Source: an uncultured Candidatus Saccharibacteria bacterium (GTDB lineage: Bacteria > Patescibacteriota > UBA1384 > XYA2-FULL-43-10). Taken from it: a DNA stretch of 42,606 nt. Position numbers and translations under genes: made by a program. The number at the start of each line of letters is the position of its first letter. The stretch's first letter is position 1. Below the pieces are notes generated by a model. It saw nothing but the letters and a program-made list of their open reading frames with translations, did no database searches and was not told the origin of the DNA. The stretch lies in NCBI GenBank assembly GCA_964426805.1, contig CAYRRY010000003.1, positions 1 to 42,606 on the forward strand, written 5' to 3'. This document shows, piece by piece, positions 25,850 through 34,500 of this stretch.

Positions 25850-26887
25850 TTAAGCTAGTACAAACTTTCCGCTTTCAAGCTTTTTAAATTCTTTCTGGGT
25901 TTGTAAATTTATAAGAACTGTATTCTTGCGAACAAACCTCTGCTTGGAAACAACCTTAAAAATGTCAGCAAAATCCATAGATTTATTTGCCTTCTTCATA
26001 ACAGAAACTATAACATCTTTTACAGTGCCGGATACATATCCCCATTCTTTGAGCGCGTAGATGCCCCTGCCTATCAAAACAAATCTGTCATCGGCAATCA
26101 ATTCATTGTGAACCGTAGCCGCAACAACTTTTTTCTGATCAAATTTTTCAGTTTCAATTGTACGAGCAATCTCTCGAAAATGAAGAGGTTTCTGATATCG
26201 CTTTAAGATAAAGTATATCTTGTCTCTGACAGTTTTTGGACAAACTTCTGGCCAAACGCTTAGACCGATTGTTCCCTCATATGTTTCGATTAATTTTCTG
26301 CTTACTTCTGGCAAAGCCATAAGGATGGTTGTGTTATGTTTTTTATGGTCTGGATGTTCTGATAACAATACCTCTATCTTTTTTGGAGTGCTTTGACTGT
26401 CCAAATATTTTGCCCAGTCTTTCAACACTTTAACCAATTCGTCTTTCGGCATTTTTGAGAGGACCCAACTGTCATGCAAGTTATCATCTCTCTCAATAAT
26501 CTCGATGCCTGGAATCAGTTTCAAAAATAAGTGTAGATAATTTTCCTTTTCAGAATCTTTCGAAGTTCCATCGATTATCTTATGGAGCGCTTTATCTTTC
26601 TTTACAATTCCGCCCAAACCTTCCATCTTTTCTACAATGTAATCAGAAAAATCTTTGTAATCACGAACAACACCCTGGGAAAGTTTTTTTAAAGCTTCTG
26701 CTTGGATCTGTCGAACTCGTTCTCGAGATAGCTTTAGTTCTCGCCCAATAGCTGCAAGAGATTTTATCTCTTTGCCAATTCCAAAACGACCAATGACCAC
26801 GCTGCGTTCATTTTCCTTCAACTTTCCTATTTCGGAATTCATAATCTTGACTAGCTCTTGAATTTTGTATTTGTTATTCATCTTCAT
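25850..26887 (-). CDS. Sigma-70 region-4-like HTH plus C-terminal HARE-HTH-like domain protein (not a complete sigma factor)
   Basis: ERSVVIGRFGIG.EIKSLAAIGRELKLSRERVRQIQAEALKKL matches sigma region 4.2, and no region 2 is present. C-terminus FREIARTIE...VHNELIADDRFVLIGRGIYALKEWGY is HARE-HTH-like. Confidence 0.65.
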   Translation of the reverse strand: MKMNNKYKIQELVKIMNSEIGKLKENERSVVIGRFGIGKEIKSLAAIGRELKLSRERVRQIQAEALKKLSQGVVRDYKDFSDYIVEKMEGLGGIVKKDKALHKIIDGTSKDSEKENYLHLFLKLIPGIEIIERDDNLHDSWVLSKMPKDELVKVLKDWAKYLDSQSTPKKIEVLLSEHPDHKKHNTTILMALPEVSRKLIETYEGTIGLSVWPEVCPKTVRDKIYFILKRYQKPLHFREIARTIETEKFDQKKVVAATVHNELIADDRFVLIGRGIYALKEWGYVSGTVKDVIVSVMKKANKSMDFADIFKVVSKQRFVRKNTVLINLQTQKEFKKLESGKFVLA

Positions 26888-26912
26888 TTGATTGTTCTTA
26901 AACTAATATTAT

Positions 26913-27413
26913 TTAATTGATGATATTATCTACAGCTGCCCAATCCACTTCTTCCTTCTCGGGGATAACTAGGCTTAGCTTGTCGCCAGGACTTGCCTTG
27001 AAATAAGTGACAGAAGCAAGAAGTAGCTGGTATTTCTTTCCATCCACATCTGCCTGAAACTCACCCTCATCGATCGCCTCAAGTGTACCTACAACATTCT
27101 TACGTTCAATCGGACCGATCTGCTTATAGGTATATCTCCCATCTTCGGAGACAGATAACTTTAATACGTCGCCAACAACTAGCTTAGACTTAGATGCATA
27201 GTTTAGAGGAACGTCGTACTCTTTCTTGTCGTTGCCGATCATTTTTTCGCCGTCAAAAACACCTTGCACAGCATCTTCCTCGTCAGCCGCTTCAACTCCT
27301 TCAGCCTTTCTTTCTACAGCCTGATCAAAAAGTTTTGACTTTGCAAGCCGTATTTTATTCTCTGCGTTGTCTAGAAGCTTTCGAATCTCCTCCAAATCTT
27401 TCTCGTGAACCAT
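26913..27413 (-). CDS. Hypothetical beta-rich protein with an internal duplication
   Basis: The ORF track starts at GTG 27449. The internal ATG at 27413 has an AAGGA SD. Two similar segments: SKLVVGDVLKLSV and FKASPGDKLSLVI. Confidence 0.55.
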   Translation of the reverse strand: MVHEKDLEEIRKLLDNAENKIRLAKSKLFDQAVERKAEGVEAADEEDAVQGVFDGEKMIGNDKKEYDVPLNYASKSKLVVGDVLKLSVSEDGRYTYKQIGPIERKNVVGTLEAIDEGEFQADVDGKKYQLLLASVTYFKASPGDKLSLVIPEKEEVDWAAVDNIIN

Positions 27414-27494
27414 ATTGTTCCTTTTTTTGTTTTTATGATTTATCTTCACTACATTACCATATAAGCTATTTTAAGTCAACTTATTTTTTAATTA

Positions 27495-27527
27495 AAAAAA
27501 CTATTAATTATTATTTAATAGTTTTTT
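27495..27527. terminator. AT-rich 13-bp perfect hairpin between the 849-aa ATPase gene and the downstream operon
   Basis: aaaaaactattaa / ttaatagtttttt with a 7-nt loop. A/T runs on both sides. Confidence 0.45.
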
Positions 27528-27601
27528 AAAGATAATACGATATTTCTAAACTATTTGTTATTCACTGCTAGCTATTAACTAAAACTCTACATGCCCAAAA
27601 T

Positions 27602-30151
27602 TTATCCCATAGGCCCCTTTTGGTTTCCTTCACCGATTCCCGGGAGATCTATCTTGTCCACTTTGGATCGTTCCAGAATCTCTTTTTCTATAACTTCTTT
27701 TGCTTTTCCGTATTTAAGTCTTGAAAGCTTCTTTATAGCTTCACCAAGTTTAACATTTTCGTTTGGATCGGGAGCTATGCTTATGCCGTTGAAAGGCCTG
27801 GTGGGAGCACCTTCTATGAGCATTTTAATATAAAAGTTATATTTATCGATAGTTGTCATATCGTCCATCTTCAGCGGATCAAACTCTTTCACTAAAAATT
27901 CCGCGTCAGCTGCACCAATTCTAAAGGAGATCAATGAACCCGCATTACCCATAACAGCGTCGCGGATTTCCTCGTCAAGTTGAGCCACGTATTGGTTAGT
28001 AATGCTCAAGGAAAGTTTGTATTTTCTGGACTCCGAAAGAATAGTCGCGAAAACGTCGGTAATAAAGTTTTGGAACTCATCGACATAGAGATAAAAAGGA
28101 ATTCTGTTTTCTTCTGGCATGTCCTGCCTTGAAAAAGCTCCCATGGCAATTTTGGAAACAATAATCATCCCCAATAAAAAAGCGTTGATTTCACCTATCA
28201 TTCCCTTCGAAAGATTGCAAATCAGAATCTTTTTATTGTCCATCACATCTCGAAAGTCAAAAGACGACTTCGTTTGTCCCAAGATGTTTCTCATCATATC
28301 GTTGGTCATAAAACGTCCAAACTTAGAGGTGAAATAGTTTAGCATCTCAGATTTGTGAAAGTCAGATGTTTTCTTCATCTGCTTCTCCCAAAAAGATCTA
28401 ACTACAGGATCAGTAACGTGTTTGACACAATCTTTCTCAAAATCAGGATCTGTAAATAATCTTGGAATATCTATTATAGTCCCCCCATCTGGCCTGGCCA
28501 TCAAAGTTAGTGAAGCATTCCGCATCCAGTGCTCAAACTGAGGACCCACTATTCCTGTTTGCCCAGGGTCAAACAGCTTGTAAAACATCTGAATGGCTTC
28601 CTGAACTAAAAAGTCTTTCTGCTCAACTGTTTTCCACTCAAGCATATTCAGCCCCATCGGTCGCTCGATGTCAGCGGGGTTAAAGTATATAACATCCTCT
28701 GCTCTTTCTTTTGGAATTCTCTTTAATATCCACTCCGCCGCGTCACCGTTCGGATCTAAATAAGCCACACCTTTCCCGGCCTTTATGTCTTGAAGAATCA
28801 TATTTTGAAACAAGACAGTTTTACCAACACCGGTTTTTCCTATCATATAAACGTGCCGCAGACGATCCTCATCTTTGATTTTTATCGGCTTTGTCTCTCC
28901 ACGGTAGATACTATTTCCGAGCACAGTTCCTTCGTTCGGCAAGTTCGGTGGAGGAGCGGCTCTTTTGGCTAGAAGCCACGAAATATTTGGAGTTTCAGTG
29001 AACCTATTTGGGAAGTGATAGATTGAGGCCAGCTCTTCAGTGTTCAAAAGCATTTTAGGTCCCCTACCATATAAACGGAAAGTATAGTTTGCTATCTCTT
29101 CTGATTTTTTCTTTGGAAATTGCTTTGATATTCCATTTGAGTCAGGTGCATTAAACTGATTAAAAGCTGAAGCGATATTGTCTAAGTTTTGCCGTGCCTC
29201 ATGCTCTGTTTTTGCAACCGCCACTGCTCTAACCTGGCAGTCAAAGCCAAGCTTGGCGGTCTTTTCGCCAAGTAATTTAATTTGAGACTCCTGCATCGGT
29301 GTCAGTTTGTGTGGTTGATTTGGATTATAGAACTGATCTTTGTTCTTTTCGTCTTCCGTTTTTCCGGAACTACTGATGTTGCCAATAAAATTGAAAAAGG
29401 TTTCAGCCACCTTCGAGCCAGCCGAGTTTCCATATGTAACCCTAGATTTACCCTGTTGCACGTTATAGGCCGCCTTCTCTACACTGTAGCGCCAAGTTCC
29501 CGAAGTCGGTCTCATCAGAATCTGCACTCCCGCAGTTTCATCTTCTGAAAGCTTGGAAAGTGAATTTGTAAGAGCATTAAGAGGATCGTCTTCAAGGTTC
29601 TTGTATGTTTTTATAGGGAAAATGTATTTTTTATTCAGTTTAAACTGCATCGCCTCAACTTTGAGTGGTTTGTCAGAAAATATCGAGTAATCCTCTATCT
29701 CCTTCGCTACCTCTACCTGAGCATGCGGATACTGAGCAAGCAGGTTTTTTTCCACTATTTGATAAATACTTTTAGGACAACCTACAAAGAAATACACCTT
29801 GCCATCTTTCGCCACATACTCTAGCGATATATGGTCTTGACCGGTCAAGTGGTGTTGTATGCTCTGCTTGAAGAGGGCTGATATGTTGGCATAAAATGGC
29901 TCCACCACTCCCAGCATCTCCTGAAAGTTTTTCTTCTGGTCATCCTCGTCGGCATGCTGTTCTTTGGGAAGTGAAACTTTTATCATCATCCAGTCCTTTA
30001 TTTTGTTGACCTGGGTTCGACGCAGGTATGATCTACGTAATTTCTGATACACAAAATAACCAACGATTATAACGATAGCAATAACGAGAGGCCAGACCCA
30101 CCACGGTGCCCCTCCAGAACCAGAAGTGTAATAATATTCACTTGTTGACAT
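27602..30151 (-). CDS. Membrane-anchored VirD4/TraD-like P-loop ATPase (paralog of 22467-25778)
   Basis: N-terminal TM helix, Walker A HVYMIGKTGVGKT, Walker B YLYVDEFQNF, SRKYKLSLSITNQ. Collinear with the 1103-aa paralog through the shared ELASIYHFP block. Confidence 0.78.
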   Translation of the reverse strand: MSTSEYYYTSGSGGAPWWVWPLVIAIVIIVGYFVYQKLRRSYLRRTQVNKIKDWMMIKVSLPKEQHADEDDQKKNFQEMLGVVEPFYANISALFKQSIQHHLTGQDHISLEYVAKDGKVYFFVGCPKSIYQIVEKNLLAQYPHAQVEVAKEIEDYSIFSDKPLKVEAMQFKLNKKYIFPIKTYKNLEDDPLNALTNSLSKLSEDETAGVQILMRPTSGTWRYSVEKAAYNVQQGKSRVTYGNSAGSKVAETFFNFIGNISSSGKTEDEKNKDQFYNPNQPHKLTPMQESQIKLLGEKTAKLGFDCQVRAVAVAKTEHEARQNLDNIASAFNQFNAPDSNGISKQFPKKKSEEIANYTFRLYGRGPKMLLNTEELASIYHFPNRFTETPNISWLLAKRAAPPPNLPNEGTVLGNSIYRGETKPIKIKDEDRLRHVYMIGKTGVGKTVLFQNMILQDIKAGKGVAYLDPNGDAAEWILKRIPKERAEDVIYFNPADIERPMGLNMLEWKTVEQKDFLVQEAIQMFYKLFDPGQTGIVGPQFEHWMRNASLTLMARPDGGTIIDIPRLFTDPDFEKDCVKHVTDPVVRSFWEKQMKKTSDFHKSEMLNYFTSKFGRFMTNDMMRNILGQTKSSFDFRDVMDNKKILICNLSKGMIGEINAFLLGMIIVSKIAMGAFSRQDMPEENRIPFYLYVDEFQNFITDVFATILSESRKYKLSLSITNQYVAQLDEEIRDAVMGNAGSLISFRIGAADAEFLVKEFDPLKMDDMTTIDKYNFYIKMLIEGAPTRPFNGISIAPDPNENVKLGEAIKKLSRLKYGKAKEVIEKEILERSKVDKIDLPGIGEGNQKGPMG

Positions 30152-30182
30152 TACCTATATGATAACAGATTAATGTTTATCT

Positions 30183-31439
30183 TTATGCTGCTGCATCTAA
30201 TTCTTCTCGCGCGGGTTGTTCTTCGGCCGCAGCATTCACAGAATGTTGATCTCTAAACATGTGCTCTGCGTTACTTGCCGCAGCTGAATTTGAACTTCCA
30301 TTCTGCATTTCTCTTATTAAATGTTGGGCACCGGCTGTTTTGCCTTTCTTACTCCCTCCACCAAACATTCTTGCCGCTCTTGCGAAAATCCCAGTCTTTT
30401 CTGCCGGTTCCTCCATTTCTTGAGCTTGAACATCGGGATTTCCTGTGTCTATTGGGCCGGCAAGCTCCATGGCAGGACTGTCGACAAGTTCCAGAATCGG
30501 CTTAGCAACAGGCACTGGTTGTTCTGCTTCAGCTGGCATTGCTGGTGCTTCTTGTTCAGTTGAATTCACTGCAGGCAAAACTTCTTGAACTTGAGCTGCT
30601 GCTTCGACTGGTTTTACAGGGACAGCCTCAGGGGTAGGTTTTTCGATTGAATTCTCAGTTGTCGGCATAGCCATACCTGAGAGATCTTCTGACTTGTCAG
30701 GGCTTTTAGGAGTTTGATCGGCCACCTCAGCAATAACTTCCCGGGTTGGGGTCAAGGGTTCGATTGGGAGAGAATCATTACTTGCCACATTCCCATCGGA
30801 AGCTAATTGGGTGACAGTATTTACATCAACAGCGACTTCATTTACAGTCGGCTCTTCATTCACCATTTTAGTGTCTGCCGCGTCAACGACCCCTCTCTCT
30901 CCTGCTCGCACCAAATCATTGACCGCTGCGTCAACTCCACCCTGAACCACCGGAGCACTGTTAGTGCCCAAAGCTTCAGCGGCTATTATTTTATTAGATA
31001 CTGCTTCAACTTTGGAGTCGACAGGTTCATTACCCTTTCGAGTATGGGTTTTTGCACCCACTACGCTCCCGTCACCCCTAACAGTCGCCACGTCAACTAT
31101 CTCAACCGGACTATCTGCTTGCTCGGCTGTCAGATTATCTTCAGGAGCAGCTTCCGGTTCAACGGCTGGCGGTGGCTCGGGTTTTGGTTTTCCGTGTCTG
31201 GGGAAATCTCTTGGATTCACATATGGCTTGATTGGCTCATTAATGATTGGTTTTCCTCTGTCTGGCTTCTTCGTACCAACAGCTTCTCCAGAGTTATCCA
31301 CAACTTCAGCAACTCCTGGCGTCTCACCCGGGGGTATAAACTTAAGCCTAGCCCCAGTCGGGCTGACTGCAGGAAGCGAGACAACACTCCTCTTTCTTGC
31401 TTCTTCTTGCTCTAGTAGTTCATTTAAATTTAAAGCCAA
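30183..31439 (-). CDS. Low-complexity P/A/V/E-rich protein (predicted disordered)
   Basis: 418-aa ORF with no TM segment or motif. GC is visibly above backbone (27/60 in the line at 30541). The plus-strand ORFs overlapping it are treated as shadows. Confidence 0.55.
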   Translation of the reverse strand: MALNLNELLEQEEARKRSVVSLPAVSPTGARLKFIPPGETPGVAEVVDNSGEAVGTKKPDRGKPIINEPIKPYVNPRDFPRHGKPKPEPPPAVEPEAAPEDNLTAEQADSPVEIVDVATVRGDGSVVGAKTHTRKGNEPVDSKVEAVSNKIIAAEALGTNSAPVVQGGVDAAVNDLVRAGERGVVDAADTKMVNEEPTVNEVAVDVNTVTQLASDGNVASNDSLPIEPLTPTREVIAEVADQTPKSPDKSEDLSGMAMPTTENSIEKPTPEAVPVKPVEAAAQVQEVLPAVNSTEQEAPAMPAEAEQPVPVAKPILELVDSPAMELAGPIDTGNPDVQAQEMEEPAEKTGIFARAARMFGGGSKKGKTAGAQHLIREMQNGSSNSAAASNAEHMFRDQHSVNAAAEEQPAREELDAAA

Positions 31440-31586
31440 AACCCCTCCATTTCCTATATGTTTATATCTGAAAACTTTTTTGTTGTATCTATATTGTACA
31501 AAGATTGCAGATGAATGTAAACATGTTGTATAATTATTTTAACAAGCGAATTTATGTATTTTTCTATTTAATAATCGGGGAGGGTT

Positions 31587-34500
31587 ATGAATGAGAGTCT
31601 GCGCTATGGCGAAAAAGAGCTTAATGACTTTATTGACAGACAAAATAAACAAAAAACCAAAGAAGAAGAAAATCCAGACAGACACAAAATGATGCGTTAT
31701 GAGGGCCCAGAAACCGATGATGCAGAAAAAGACCCTTTCGGTGTCGGCAAGGGATACGGAGCAAAAAAACTTGGAGTTGACAACCAGGAGTCTGAAACTA
31801 CAAACTCCACTGAGCTTGTTACCCTAAATGAAGTTAAGCCCATCTCTTCGGAGGTTATTAATGACGCTCTGAGCCTCGTAGAAGCTGACAATCGAAAAAA
31901 TGAAAATCTCAAAATTTTGAAAGAACTCATACTAAGACTAGTCCGCGAAGCTTTAGAAAAAGTACTAGCAAGCGATGGAAATGCTTACGAAGTAAAAGGC
32001 GCTGAAGGTAATTCTCAGAAAGAAGGTGTGCCGGTTGACAAAATGATCAACTTTCTCCTAGAAGAGATCGACCCTGAATCAAAAACAGAGATTTCTCTAA
32101 AGGGAGACAATAACACCTTGAGAGATGAAGTCCTGACTCAGGTTATGCACCCCTTCAACCGTCTTAGTCACCTAGAAAGAAGCAAGGTTGATGAATCTGA
32201 AGCCGCAATAATTGAAAATATCGATTTCATACTTACGTCAGAAGAGATAGCAGAAGAAGACCGCAAACGCCTAGAGATGGTTAAATTGATGATTGAAAAA
32301 TCGGAGAGATTTTTTGATCTAGATAGATCATCTTCACAATTCGACGAGGAAGGACGGAGAGTTAATAACGGCTGGAGAACTGATCACGAAGCTGAGGAGA
32401 TAAAAGAAGATGAAGTCCGCGACATGGGATCTGAAGACGCCAACCAGGAAAAAGCAAAGGCAGATTTGAATGATCGCAGAGAAGTCTTTGTTGAAGAAGA
32501 AGAGAATGTACCAGGAGGAGAAGCTGAGAAAGAGATAACACCAAAAGTTGTTGATTTCTCTGTTGAAGACGCTGAACCCACAGATCCAAAAACTGAACCC
32601 AGACAAAAAGCTCTACCGCCCCACCCCGAACAAGACGCGCTGCCGCCTCACGTTGAAGAAAAGGAAAAAATAAAGATCGCAGATATATCTGAAATCGTGA
32701 AGGCAATGGCTTGGAGAATAGCCGAAAATAGAGTCAACGAAGTGATTAACTCTGTAAATGTTCCTCAAGAATCAGGATTTTTCGGGAAAATAAAATCAGC
32801 TGCCAAAGGCATGTGGTCAAGATTAACAACTCGTGAAGGATGGCAATCCAGCCTGCACGCTATGTCAGAAGAGGGATACAGAAAAAAATATTATGATGAA
32901 GCGATCGCTGAAATACAGGGAAACAACGATTTGTTAAACGCGATAACCAACAGGGCTGAGGGAGAAGGAAGTGGCGGGACAACTCCGGAAAAAATTGAGC
33001 ATCACGAGATTCTTGATGCCGTCGTTAAACAGATGGAACTTGGCTTAGTAGAGGCTTGCGAACAGGGCGAAGACCTTGTTGACAGATCTGCTCAATTCGC
33101 CGAATTATTCAACAGACATCTGAAAGGTGAATTCTCTTCTAGAAGTGAATTCGAAGCCGCAGCAGAGGAAGCTATTAGAAATTCCGACCTTTCCCAAGAA
33201 GAATTTGCAAAAGACGAATCGCGAAGAGATGAAGCAGAGGGCCTAATGTACGCTTCGAACCTTTGGGACATTGCGGAGAGATTCAAAACACAAAGAGAAG
33301 AAGAGATAGATGCGGCACTTGGCTCTGAAAGTTTGTCAGATGTCGAAAAGGAAGCCTATATAGAGGGCTTGGAGGGATTGAATGACCTAGACATACAGTT
33401 AGTTACTAAGTTCGGAGACATAAACGAAGACCGAGCCAGAAGACCAGACAAAAAAGGAAGATATTTTAGTTGGGCAGACAACGCTCTCGACAGACTTTAC
33501 TCTGTGCCAGTTGTAGGAAGTGTAGCCAAGAAGATTACCCATCCGGTAGCAGTCGGCCTCGCTGCCTCGCTGCTTGCTCGACCTGCGGCAAAAGGAATTA
33601 TTCTAGGCGCTGCGGCAACTTTGGGTGTCGGTACTGGCTTTGCTCTGCCAATTCTAATCGGTGCTGGAATAGCAGGCGCTATTTCATACGGCAGAAGAGC
33701 CAGAAAAGTGGGACACGAAAGAGGTATGGAATCTAGAAGACAAACACTTGGCGAAGAGGGAGAGGGACAAACCGCTGAACAACTTCGTGAAAACACTTTT
33801 GCTCAAGTAGACGGAGAAGCTTTGCTTGAAGCGATAGGTAGTGACAACGAAGACGTTCAACACGACGCTCTTGTAGAAGCATCTTCTTTGCTTGAAGCCG
33901 AAAGAAGATTGAGGGCTCAGGGCAGAAATACTGATTTAATCAGAATAGGTCAAGCTGAAGGTCAGAGATTGCAATCAAACATTGTTACAAAAACTGAACT
34001 TATGGCTGCAGTTTCCGAAGCAGGACTCTCTGAAAAAGATCAACTTCTTATAAACGATAGGGCAGATGAACACGTTTCACAAGTCAGAGAAAAAGACCGA
34101 GACTTTGAAAGTTATCGCAAGAAAGAGAGTCTTCGCGCCGCAGCTAAATCTGCCGCCACTGCAGCTGTCCTGGGCTTCGCAGCTACTGAAATTGCTGACG
34201 AGGTAAGCGAACATATGCATAATGCGGGCGAACAAAATAATGTTGTAACAGCTAGCGAATGGATGCAGGGGCAGAGACCCGACGTGCATCATTATGAGCT
34301 GGATTCTCCCAAAGGCCCTGATGGTGAAAAAATTTGGGTATTTGAAAATAATTCAGACTCAATACCTGTGGAAGTTAATGAAAACCTAGACGTCGAACTT
34401 GGCATAAACGCAGAAACTGGTCAACTTGAACCCTATGGCGCACTGCCTGCAGGGGTAACCTTAGAAGACGGACAGATAGTACAGCACATCGAAGGTCTTG

